A stretch of 64,000 bases of DNA from Rubripirellula sp. (GTDB lineage: Bacteria > Planctomycetota > Planctomycetia > Pirellulales > Pirellulaceae), in assembly GCA_965216875.1 (NCBI GenBank), contig OZ244207.1, forward strand, positions 1,632,001 through 1,696,000. Direction: 5' to 3'. Both the position numbers and the translations under genes were made by a program. Position 1 is the stretch's first letter, and every line of letters starts with the position of its first letter. Under the pieces are notes generated by a model that saw nothing but the letters and a program-made list of their open reading frames with translations, was not told where the DNA came from and did no database searches. This document shows positions 38,810 through 48,194 of the stretch, piece by piece.

Positions 38810-39709
38810 TCAAACGGTCAACGGAGGTTGCTCACCTGAACCGTGCGGGTCCACAGGCGCGATGGGAGTCGGGGGCGCTGCGTCCGAGAATGGCCACGGC
38901 GGTGAGGGTGGTAAGACGTCGACATTGCCGAGTGCATGCATCGCTTGCCCGAAGCGGTGATTCGAAAATCGTAAGGTCGCTCGAACGTGCTCCCGTTCGA
39001 TGGGCATTGTTTCGCAGCCGAGAAGCTGGCATTGCTCGCCGATCAAGTCGCAATGTCGCTGGTAGATGATCGCGAGGTCTGCGTCGTCCCAATCAAAGTG
39101 CTCGCAGCAAAAGGAACCGGTGGCGTTCACTTCGTCGACATCTTTCTCCATGTTCTTTGCGATGTCATCGACACTGGTTTCGATCGCCAAACGATTGCTA
39201 AGTAGGGTCGTCAACGAATAGAACCGATCCCGATTGCAGTGGCCGACGCAGAGCACGCTCTGTCGATCAGGACTTAAGTACGCTTGCACTTCGATGAGGA
39301 GCGGTTCTGGCTTGAGTAGGAATGAGTTGACACTCTCGAAACCTAGCGACTCGGCTCGTTCGCCGACTTCATTCACACAGGCACGACCCGACTCATCCAT
39401 TTGGTTGAACGCAATGGTCTCCATCAGGGCAGGGCGGTGGACCCTCGAGAAACGCTTCCAAAACCTGCTTGATTGATACTCTTGCCAAACGGTCGCGATG
39501 AACAACAAGGGGACAAAGGGACCGATCAGCAGGAACGCGGCGCTGATTGCGCCCGCGTAGGCCACCGCCGCGAAGCGTTCTTTTTGTTTGGCCGTTTCCC
39601 AAAGATTCTCACGCCACTGATCGTCATCGCTGCACAGCACGACGGCCGCAGCAAGGCCAAGGTACGCGACGCCCAGGTAGACACAGATTGTGATCGCCAA
39701 CCAACTCAT
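38810..39709 (-). CDS. Hypothetical membrane protein
   Basis: Two N-terminal hydrophobic segments followed by a soluble domain. Confidence 0.7.
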   Translation of the reverse strand: MSWLAITICVYLGVAYLGLAAAVVLCSDDDQWRENLWETAKQKERFAAVAYAGAISAAFLLIGPFVPLLFIATVWQEYQSSRFWKRFSRVHRPALMETIAFNQMDESGRACVNEVGERAESLGFESVNSFLLKPEPLLIEVQAYLSPDRQSVLCVGHCNRDRFYSLTTLLSNRLAIETSVDDIAKNMEKDVDEVNATGSFCCEHFDWDDADLAIIYQRHCDLIGEQCQLLGCETMPIEREHVRATLRFSNHRFGQAMHALGNVDVLPPSPPWPFSDAAPPTPIAPVDPHGSGEQPPLTV

Positions 39710-39910
39710 GCCAAGCTCAAGTCGAGAGAACAATAGTTGCGTTTTTCCCGCCCTCGAAAGCAAGGTTACGTCGTCCCCGCCAGCGAATGGTCATCGCCGG
39801 TCAAATGGTTTGGCAAGCGACCAGTTGGGAACGGGTTGCAGCGGTAAGAGCGATTTTGAGTTGACGTTTGTCGATCCGAACTGTCCAAGGTTAACCGACG
39901 CTCCAACAAA

Positions 39911-40165
39911 CACCCTCCCGCATGCGGGAGGGTCGGACGCAAAGTCCGGGGAGGGAATCGCTTTTTGAAACAAGCCCTCTCCGGGCCTTAGAGCCCGACT
40001 CTCTCACGGGAGAGTGCTAATACGCGCATTTTCGAAGCCTATTGGAATCGCAATTGCAACCTGTGGCGCTCGCGTCGGGCCTTTCACCGTTCGTGTGTTG
40101 GCTGGGCATTGAGTAAACCGCATGTGGGATGAAGGGCCCGAGGCCTCACGGCCAACGGCTCACGG
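39911..40165. repeat. Composite REP cluster
   Basis: CACCCTCCCGCATGCGGGAGGGTCGG...GGGGAGGG, a degenerate inverted copy, and GGCCCGAGGCCTCACGGCCAACGGCTCACGG matching 37100-37130. Confidence 0.78.
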
Positions 40166-40194
40166 GCGCGGTGCAAAAGGCGGCATTTTGAAGA

Positions 40195-40518
40195 TCACAC
40201 CTGGACTTCGATTGTCCCATCCACGACGCGGATGGCTCTTGTCTTGACGTTGAATTGAGGCATGTCTTGGTCGACATACTTGCCCGTTTTGATGTCGAAG
40301 CCCCAGTGGTGAATACGGCATCGAACAACGCCATCACATACCTCGCCGTGTGCAAGCGATGCGCCGGCGTGCGGGCAGTCGTTGTCGAGTGCGAAGATTT
40401 CTCCGCCCAGCCGATAGAGGCCGATTCGAATGTCTCCGATCACGAACGTTTTCGATCCGCCTTCCTCGATCTCGGTCTCCCCACAAACCGGTAGGTATTG
40501 AAGCTCGCTTTCATTCAT
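40195..40518 (-). CDS. Rieske [2Fe-2S] ferredoxin (NirD-like)
   Basis: CPHAG and CRIHHW Rieske motifs. Confidence 0.92.
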   Translation of the reverse strand: MNESELQYLPVCGETEIEEGGSKTFVIGDIRIGLYRLGGEIFALDNDCPHAGASLAHGEVCDGVVRCRIHHWGFDIKTGKYVDQDMPQFNVKTRAIRVVDGTIEVQV

Positions 40519-40619
40519 CGCAAAATCACTTTCTCTTCGGCTCGTTGTTCGACCAACGAGCCGAGAATCGGATAGAATCCTGAAAGATCCAGTGGCATCA
40601 CCTTCATGGAATCACCGTC

Positions 40620-40871
40620 ATGTCATTCATGATCGAGCTTCATTTTAGTGAGCAGCATCGTACCGAGGCACTCGACTATTTCTGGAGTCATGGGGCCTGT
40701 CACTACGAGGGCAAGGTTTCGATCAAGGGGCTTTGGGTCGCATCAGGTGACCGAATTGCCTATGCACTTGTCAACGCAGACAATCGCGATGAGGTTGATC
40801 GCGCCTGTAGGCCACTGCGGGAATTTGGCGAAGTGTATGCTCGGCCCGTCGCCAGCTCGGATGAACTCTAA
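40620..40871 (+). CDS. Small hypothetical protein (DUF3303-like)
   Basis: 83 aa; size and W/PV pattern resemble DUF3303. Family call tentative. Confidence 0.6.
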   Translation: MSFMIELHFSEQHRTEALDYFWSHGACHYEGKVSIKGLWVASGDRIAYALVNADNRDEVDRACRPLREFGEVYARPVASSDEL

Positions 40872-40944
40872 ACGTGCGGACCGAACTCGGCGAATTCGGG
40901 TTCATTCACTTGTCGTTCGCACCTTTACGCACGGAGAACCTGTC

Positions 40945-41478
40945 ATGCATCGATTGACATTGTCTACGCTCATTCTTTTCGCCGGTACGTTAGTTGGCGG
41001 CGCCACGCTGGTGGCTCAAGATCCTGCAGCCCCATCATCAGGCACCCAAGCGCCCGACAACCAGAAGCCTGCTTCCGACGCTGCAGTGAAGGCGGAGCCC
41101 ACCGAGCGTGAGTCGAAGCTTGCTTCCTACTTGAGCGGGGCCAAGTTTGTGGGCAAATTCACGATCGACGGAAAAGAAGAGGCCGATCCGAAGACCGAAG
41201 AGTACACGATCAGCAAATGTGAAAAGCTTGCTGCCGAGGACATGTACCGTCTGACGGCGCGCATCAAGTATGGCGACGTCGACAGTGAAGTGCCGCTGGA
41301 CCTCAAGATCGTTTGGTCAGGCAGCACCCCCGTGATCACGCTCGACAACTTCTGGATCCCCGGAATGGGAACGTTTGGTGCTCGTGTTTTGATCCACTCG
41401 GACCGTTACGCGGGTACCTGGCAACATGATGCCGTCGGCGGTCACATGTACGGCAAGATCGTTGCTGAAAAGAAGTGA
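40945..41478 (+). CDS. Secreted hypothetical protein
   Basis: GGAGAA RBS, ATG 40945, signal peptide, beta-rich domain ending YAGTWQHDAVGGHMYGKI. Confidence 0.8.
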   Translation: MHRLTLSTLILFAGTLVGGATLVAQDPAAPSSGTQAPDNQKPASDAAVKAEPTERESKLASYLSGAKFVGKFTIDGKEEADPKTEEYTISKCEKLAAEDMYRLTARIKYGDVDSEVPLDLKIVWSGSTPVITLDNFWIPGMGTFGARVLIHSDRYAGTWQHDAVGGHMYGKIVAEKK

Positions 41479-41599
41479 GTTGTTGTGTGGCTTTGGGCCG
41501 GGAGATCTGCGGAAGAGTGCCCGGCCGCTTGCGCGATCACGGCTCAATTCTCTGGTCGCGTTCTGGCGGGACCACGAACGGGCTTGCTGAGTGCGCATG

Positions 41600-41637
41600 A
41601 AAAAACGCTCGGTGCCCCCCGGCTTCCGAGCGTTTTT
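41600..41637. terminator. Probable bidirectional intrinsic terminator
   Basis: AAAAACGCTCGG-loop-CCGAGCGTTTTT between convergent genes. Confidence 0.75.
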
Positions 41638-41743
41638 GCCTTTCCTCGTGTCCTGGTGCGGACCTGATCAAGTCGTCCTGCCGTCGCTAACAAACATCAC
41701 CGGCTCCCAGTAGCAGCTGGACGGGTTGATCAGTCGACACCGA

Positions 41744-44700
41744 CTAGTCGAAGGACGCGAGGAATTGGCGTTTCGAGAGGAAGGCGTTGAGTTCAACAAA
41801 GTTGAAGTCAGTCGCACTTGTCTCGGCAGCCAAGGCAATTTGTGAGAAGACATTGTCTGCGGCGGTGGCGGTTGCGCCAGTTCCGACCACTTCGGATCCG
41901 TTTCGGAATCCATTGGGCTGGGTTTGGGTCACTTCGTAGGTACCGCCAGCAAGGTTCTCGAACAGATAGTCACCGTTGGCATCGGTGGTCGTGTTGAGAC
42001 TGACGTTGTTTCCTTGCGAATCGGTGCCGGTCAAAGCAATCTGAACGCCCGCGATCGCCTCTTCCCCAGCGTCTTGAATCTCGTCGCCATCAAGGTCGAC
42101 AAAGACGCGACCGCCGAAGCTTGAGGTTCGAGGGTCAATCGTCACGGTTGTCGAGGAAGCGTCGCCGTTGCTGTCAGGGTCGTTCACATCGGACGAAACC
42201 GAGACATTGTTGACTTGTGCTCCACTGGTACCGGCATCAACGGTCGCGTTGATGACGATATCAAAGGTGCCGTCGTTGGCGAGGTCACCGGCATCGTAAG
42301 TCACGACACCGTTGGTCGCTGACAAGGCTTCGCCGTTGCGACCGGTACCGTTGAGGAACGTCAGTCCGGCGGGAAGCGTGTTGGTGACGGTAATGTTGGT
42401 TGCTGTCGATGGACCATCGTTGTCAACCGTGATGGTGTAAGTGATCGTCTGGCCGGGTTGAGCTTCGGTTGGCGCGACCTGGGTCGTTACCGAAAGGTTG
42501 GCCTGTGGCGTGACCGTGATTTCCTCATCGACCGAGTTGTTGGTCGCGTCGGTTTCACCAGCTGCGGTTAGATCGGGGACACTTGCGGTGTTGATCACAC
42601 TTCCATCGGCCGTGATATCGATGGTGAAGACGAGCGTTGCTGTCTCCGTAGCACCGCTGTCGATGGTGATCGCTGGGAAGGAAACGTCCGAGCCGCTCTG
42701 CGTTGCACTTTGACCGTTTAAAGTGCCGCTAACAAAGGTCAGGCCGGTTGGTACGGTGTCGCTTAGAACAACGCCGGTTGCCGTACTTGGGCCCGAATTG
42801 GTGACATCGATCGTGTAAGTGATCGTGTCGGTTGGCCCAGGGGTAAGGTTGTCGGCGAGCTTGGTCAAGCTGATGTCAAACTGAGGCGTCAGGGTGATTT
42901 GATCGCCTGTGCCATCGTCCGTGTTGTCCGACGGTTCAAGCTCCGTACCAGTCGAAGCGACCGACACAGGGTTAGAAATCGTGCCGGTTGCGTCTTCGTC
43001 AACGTCGACCGTTACGGTGAACACGCGTTGTTCGCCGATCGGCAGGGAGTTGTAATCAACGGTCACGGTACCGTTGGTAAAGTCCGTATCGTCGGAGCCT
43101 GGAGCCGAGATCACCGCACCTGTCAGGCCGGCTGGTAATGCGTTGGTGACGACCACGTCCGCCGCATCACTTGAACTATTCGGACCATGCGAAACGGTGA
43201 AGGTGTAGACCACTTGATCTTGCCCTGGCACGGCGGTCGTCGGGCTGACCGATTGAGTGATGATCAAGTCGACTTCGCGGAGCACAGCGACGTTTTCGGT
43301 GTCGACATCGTTGGTCGAGTCACTGTCGGTATCCGTCGTGGATACGGTCGCCGTGTTCGCAACTGTGCCGGTTGCGGACGGAGCGATCGAGACATCGAAT
43401 GAGAATGTTGCGTTTGCACCGGCGACCAGATCACCAATGTCAAAGGACAAGTCTTGGCCGTTTTCGGTCAGGACGGCGCCCGATGTGCCTGGATCGAAAC
43501 TGCCCGTGACCAGCGATAATTCGCTTACGAGCGTGTCGGTCACCGTGACGCCGCGTGCGTCACTCGGACCGTTGTTGGTCACCACGACCGTGTAAGTGAT
43601 GTCTTCACCCGCAACGGGGCTGCCCGTGACGGACTTGTCAATTTCCAGGTCGACGGTTCTCTGAACGGTGGTGTCGACGCTGCTGGAGTTGTTCGTTGCA
43701 TCGGGGTCCGTGTTCGGATTGGCCGAAACGGTTGCCGTATTGCTGAGTGGACTTGGAGCGTCGCTGTCGACAGCCACGATGATGGTAACGGTCGATGTGG
43801 CCTGGTTGGCAAGCGGCCCGATCACCGCGGTGATGTCGCCCGACAGGGAGTCGAAGGTCACCAGGTTCGCATTGCCATCGACGTCGCCACTGACGAAGGT
43901 CACGTTGGCTGGCAGCGGGTCGGTAACGGTCACACCCGTTGCTGCATCGGGACCATCGTTGGTAACGGTGATGGTGTAGGTGAGGTTGTCACCAGCGTTG
44001 ACCGGGTCGGTGACATCGGTCTTGGTGATGCTCAGGTCCGATTCGACGAGATCGAGCAGTTCACTTTCGGAGTTGTCGGCTGGGTTTTGGTCCACTTCCG
44101 TCGAGCTTGCCACGGCCGTGTTGTTGACGTCGGCGGTCAGATTGTTGGCAATGTCCAACAAAATCTGGAAGTTACCCGAGGTTCCTTCGGCGATCGTGCC
44201 CATCGAAACTTCGAGCGTCGTGCCGTTTTGGTTCGTCGTGAACGAGCCCGATTCATTGGCAAGTCCGGTGAAGGTCAAGCCGATTGGAATGTCGTACTCG
44301 AGCAGCACGCTCGTGGCGTCAAGCGGTCCATCGTTTTGAACAACAACGTCAAAGACCACGTTGCCGCCAGCGATCACGTCCGAACCTGCCACGTTCAGCG
44401 ACAGGGTGGTGACCAAGTCGACTTCGGGGAAGAAGCCAAAGTCGAGAGTGCTGTTGGTATTGGCATCGTCACCATCACTGGTGGGTTCACTGTTGGAAAC
44501 CAATGTGATCGTTCCGGTGACGACGTCGCCCGAAACAAGTGTGGTGCCGTTATCGTCATCATCGACATCGTCGTCGGGGTCACTTGCCGGGTCGTTACCT
44601 GTGCTATTTGCAAACCCGAACAACGTGGCGCCACTTTGGAATGCCGTGTTGGGTACGACGACTGCATAGTGTCCTGGATCAAGGCCAGGGAAACTGTAGA

Positions 44701-45970
44701 CGCCGCCAGCGCCGGTGGTGGTTGAAGTGAGCGGCACTTGGTTGTCGGGATCGACCGCGTCACCAGCGTTGGTCAGCTGGTAAAGGTCGAGCGGTATGCC
44801 GGTCACACCCGCTTCGGTTCCCTGGCGAATCCCATCATTTTGTCCGCCGCCGGTATCGGTGTCGATGAAGAGTTGTCCGCCAAGGGTGATCGGCAAGATG
44901 TTCGCGATGTCAGCTGTCACGATGTCAGGGCGACGCGATTCTGCGATCGAGATCACCACGTCGGTGTCTGAGGACAACGAAAGCGAAGCCTCGATCGCTC
45001 CCACGTCGTTGAAGTCAGCACCCGATCCGAGCGAGGTTGTGAAGCTCGAGAAAAGGACAAACGTTTCTTCGGTCGATGCCGCATTTTGCGGTACGGTCAC
45101 ACTGACGGTCGATGCGTTCGATGCATCGGTATAGACAGTGATGAAGAGTGTCTCGCCAGCCTGGTCGGCGCGAGTTTCGACGATCAAGCCAGCACCTGGG
45201 TCGAGCGTCGATCCTGGTGTGCCGCCAGCCAGGGAAACACCGCCCAAACCAGAAGCACTCAGCGTCGGAACACCGTCGTTCCCGTCATATTGGATAAGTG
45301 CTGTTCCTTCGGCGGTTCCAAGCGAACCAATCGAAAGCGTGTCGGCCGAGCTGTCGACGAAGACGGTCACTTGACCAATCGAGTTGGTGTTGGTGACCTG
45401 AATGTCACGGGCACCACCGATCGCCTCACTTGCACTAGCCGTATCGGAATTGGTCGGTGTGCCTGCATCGGCCGTCACCGTTTGTGACGTCAGTGAGTAG
45501 TCGTCGATCAGTGCCGTCTGGATCCCGTTGACCACCGTCACATCGACAGGAATCGCTGATGGCGTGTTGAGTTGAGGCACCGCTTGCTGTTCGATGAAGT
45601 ACCGACCCGCAGTCAGACCATCGAAGCGATAGTTGCCGTTAAGGTCGGTGATGTCGGTGCCAATCAGCAGGTCGTTGACGTCAAAGACGGTGTCGCCGTT
45701 GGTGTCTTCGAACAACTGAATCTGGATCCCTTGGGCGCCCGGTGTTCCCGGGGTCACCAAATCGCCTCCAGCGTCCACAAGGACGGGGGGATCACCGGCC
45801 GAGGAGCCGTCGCCTGCTTCGTCGATAAAGGCGACGCCTGCGATCGCTCCCAAGTCAGAAGCAAGCAGCTCGCGGCGTGTCAGCGATTCGACCAAGAGCC
45901 GACGTTGGCGGCGAGATGCAGCTTTTTTGGATGTGCGGTCGGCTCGGCGAATCAATCGTTGGAAGACCAT
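41744..45970 (-). CDS. Large planctomycete surface protein with SdrD-B-like and multiple DUF11 domains
   Basis: RRLLVESLTRRELLA N-terminal motif; repeated DLSITKT..GDNLTYTITVTNDGP..ATGVTVTDPLP; TTTDANGDYLFENL. Confidence 0.9.
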   Translation of the reverse strand: MVFQRLIRRADRTSKKAASRRQRRLLVESLTRRELLASDLGAIAGVAFIDEAGDGSSAGDPPVLVDAGGDLVTPGTPGAQGIQIQLFEDTNGDTVFDVNDLLIGTDITDLNGNYRFDGLTAGRYFIEQQAVPQLNTPSAIPVDVTVVNGIQTALIDDYSLTSQTVTADAGTPTNSDTASASEAIGGARDIQVTNTNSIGQVTVFVDSSADTLSIGSLGTAEGTALIQYDGNDGVPTLSASGLGGVSLAGGTPGSTLDPGAGLIVETRADQAGETLFITVYTDASNASTVSVTVPQNAASTEETFVLFSSFTTSLGSGADFNDVGAIEASLSLSSDTDVVISIAESRRPDIVTADIANILPITLGGQLFIDTDTGGGQNDGIRQGTEAGVTGIPLDLYQLTNAGDAVDPDNQVPLTSTTTGAGGVYSFPGLDPGHYAVVVPNTAFQSGATLFGFANSTGNDPASDPDDDVDDDDNGTTLVSGDVVTGTITLVSNSEPTSDGDDANTNSTLDFGFFPEVDLVTTLSLNVAGSDVIAGGNVVFDVVVQNDGPLDATSVLLEYDIPIGLTFTGLANESGSFTTNQNGTTLEVSMGTIAEGTSGNFQILLDIANNLTADVNNTAVASSTEVDQNPADNSESELLDLVESDLSITKTDVTDPVNAGDNLTYTITVTNDGPDAATGVTVTDPLPANVTFVSGDVDGNANLVTFDSLSGDITAVIGPLANQATSTVTIIVAVDSDAPSPLSNTATVSANPNTDPDATNNSSSVDTTVQRTVDLEIDKSVTGSPVAGEDITYTVVVTNNGPSDARGVTVTDTLVSELSLVTGSFDPGTSGAVLTENGQDLSFDIGDLVAGANATFSFDVSIAPSATGTVANTATVSTTDTDSDSTNDVDTENVAVLREVDLIITQSVSPTTAVPGQDQVVYTFTVSHGPNSSSDAADVVVTNALPAGLTGAVISAPGSDDTDFTNGTVTVDYNSLPIGEQRVFTVTVDVDEDATGTISNPVSVASTGTELEPSDNTDDGTGDQITLTPQFDISLTKLADNLTPGPTDTITYTIDVTNSGPSTATGVVLSDTVPTGLTFVSGTLNGQSATQSGSDVSFPAITIDSGATETATLVFTIDITADGSVINTASVPDLTAAGETDATNNSVDEEITVTPQANLSVTTQVAPTEAQPGQTITYTITVDNDGPSTATNITVTNTLPAGLTFLNGTGRNGEALSATNGVVTYDAGDLANDGTFDIVINATVDAGTSGAQVNNVSVSSDVNDPDSNGDASSTTVTIDPRTSSFGGRVFVDLDGDEIQDAGEEAIAGVQIALTGTDSQGNNVSLNTTTDANGDYLFENLAGGTYEVTQTQPNGFRNGSEVVGTGATATAADNVFSQIALAAETSATDFNFVELNAFLSKRQFLASFD

Positions 45971-46161
45971 CTTCGGTAGCTCTTCGTTGGTTCATTTGTT
46001 CCCTCGTGCCGCCATGTCAAGCTAGAGCGACCAGAGGAAAATTGAGGATGGGATGATTGTGGCCGTCAGCGAAGACGGCGCAACCCTGGTGGAAGTTATC
46101 GGTTTTTCAACCCCGGTAACTTGACCGCGGGTTGAAATCTGCACTGTCCTCAAATTGAGGA

Positions 46162-47763
46162 CTACCAGCGATACTCGCCACCGAAGTTGATCCCTTGGGC
46201 CCAGTAGTCGGTCGTGTCAAAGGTGAACCCCGGTCGGTTTGCTCCGCCATTTCCGTTTGGTGGAGGAAACAGGTTGGGATTCAAGTCACGATCGATTTGG
46301 AGTCCCGGTCGGACAACGTTCGACCAGTAAAGGAAGGTGTATCCGAGGGTCACTTTGAAGTGGTCTGTCAGCTGGTAGCCAGCCCCGAGTGTGAACTCGG
46401 GCACAACCGCGAACTCGTTTTGGCGGTAGACGCCAATGTTCGAGGATTGGGCCAGGAATCCGCCCTGCTGCGTCGTTGGAGGTGGGTTGGTCAGGTCGTT
46501 GATCGTGGTTTGACCAGCGATCGAGACCGATTGACGTGTATTTCCAATCCCGAGTCGCAACGTTGCGTCACAAGTCCAGAAACCGCGGGTCCGGCGATAT
46601 GACCATCCGACGTCAAAACCGTTGAATTGGTTCCGCACGTTAAATCGGTCGGTGATATCGAGGGTGCCTGGAAAGCGTGGATCGGTGCTGACCGTTTGCT
46701 CGTTCATGAAGATCCCTTCTTCGAGCTCAAGGTAGCGGTATCCGACCAGCAACTCAGTTCGACTACAGAAATGTTCTGGGCATCCGCAGAACAACCATTT
46801 GCTGCAGCCTTCGTTGCAGCATCGCAGGCGGCGGACGTGAAATGCGGCTCCTGAAAGGCGGCTTTCGACCGAAGCGACGACGCTTCCCGTGTCGGCACCT
46901 GGGTAGGAAATCAACCCCGAGTCCTCTTCGCCGGTCAGGATGTTGAAGAACGGACGAGCAAGAATCGGATCACCACTGCTGGTGGCGTTGAAGCCCGAGC
47001 GTTTGGTGCTGAATTCGAAAAGCTCTGCACCGACACCCCACGTATGATTGCTGTCCAACCAGACGCCGAACTTGAGTCGGCCGCCGTCGAGGTTCTTCTT
47101 CAGGATGTCGCCACCGCCAAACAGGATGCGTGTGTTGGGGTCGGTCAAAACACCTGCATCGTCACGTGGAACGGTTGGATCGACACTGGTTGTGATCAAT
47201 GGTGGCAGGGAAACGCCATCTTGCCACCAGCTAAGTAGTTCGAAGTTGAGCCATCCGTCTTGCGGCAAGCAGAGCGTTACGCATGGACGCCAAGCTCGTG
47301 GACTGCACAGCTCACCACACATGCTGCAGCCCTCGCCCGAGCATGAACCGCAAGCTGCCGAGAACATGTCGTCGCAGCCACCCGAGCAAACGGCTGAACC
47401 ACAGCCGCATTCGGACGACGGAAGCGCGTCACAGGCGACCGACGAATCGTGCAGCGGTGCAAGATCGACTTTGCCATCGAGCGATTCCGCGGTCACGGGC
47501 GGTGCGGGCGCGTCTGCGGCCGCATCGGCGACAGGTGTTGGTGCGGCAAGCGACTCAACCTCTTCGTGGTGATCGACACGACGAAGGCGGCCAGATTCCT
47601 TTGCCGACTCTTCCGAGCTGACAGGACGGACGGGACGCCATGCTGCACGAGCGCTGCTTTCGCTTTTGCGAATCGCTGCTCGTCGCAGTGATTGTGCCGA
47701 GGCGGGAAGTGCCAGGCACGCAAACAAGACTGTGAAACATAGGGAGTAACGGAAGGTACGCAC
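46162..47763 (-). CDS. BBP7-family outer-membrane beta-barrel protein
   Basis: Signal peptide, Cys-rich linker, alternating beta strands, C-terminal YWAQGINFGGEYRW. Start uncertain. Confidence 0.82.
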   Translation of the reverse strand: MRTFRYSLCFTVLFACLALPASAQSLRRAAIRKSESSARAAWRPVRPVSSEESAKESGRLRRVDHHEEVESLAAPTPVADAAADAPAPPVTAESLDGKVDLAPLHDSSVACDALPSSECGCGSAVCSGGCDDMFSAACGSCSGEGCSMCGELCSPRAWRPCVTLCLPQDGWLNFELLSWWQDGVSLPPLITTSVDPTVPRDDAGVLTDPNTRILFGGGDILKKNLDGGRLKFGVWLDSNHTWGVGAELFEFSTKRSGFNATSSGDPILARPFFNILTGEEDSGLISYPGADTGSVVASVESRLSGAAFHVRRLRCCNEGCSKWLFCGCPEHFCSRTELLVGYRYLELEEGIFMNEQTVSTDPRFPGTLDITDRFNVRNQFNGFDVGWSYRRTRGFWTCDATLRLGIGNTRQSVSIAGQTTINDLTNPPPTTQQGGFLAQSSNIGVYRQNEFAVVPEFTLGAGYQLTDHFKVTLGYTFLYWSNVVRPGLQIDRDLNPNLFPPPNGNGGANRPGFTFDTTDYWAQGINFGGEYRW

Positions 47764-48027
47764 TGGTTCACCAATGGATGATGGGATGTTGTGCCGAGCT
47801 GATGGCTCCGGCTCCATGCCGGACCTTGCTATCAACTCGTTGGTTACCCCCCCGGGTAAAGGACTCGGAATGCGTCCATCTCGGTCGCAGACCATCCTTT
47901 CAACAGCTGTATCGTCGAATTCGAGCTGGATCATCGATCCAATTTCGGAAAATTCGGAAAAATCCAAAAACTCGACCTAACCCGCAAACTTTGACACCCT
48001 GGCGGCCTCTGAGTCCAGGATTTGCGC

Positions 48028-48086
48028 GTAGCCACCTTCGCCAGAAGGTGGTTTGCAGCCGTTCGTCGTACCGCCTTCAGGCGGAA
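48028..48086. repeat. REP copies
   Basis: GTAGCCACCTTCGCCAGAAGGTGG and GTACCGCCTTCAGGCGG. Confidence 0.7.
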
Positions 48087-48194
48087 GTGGCGGATTCGAT
48101 GGTTGAGCCACCCCGCTGCCCAAAAACTTGACTCCTTCCAACCACCCCAAAAGAATGACAGGAAACCCGGTCCGGCTTTGATCCAGGGTCCAGC

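Noticed and set aside
40648..40944. N-terminal extension of the 276-aa ORF
   Set aside because: Overlaps the 40620..40871 gene; the RBS and signal peptide support ATG 40945.
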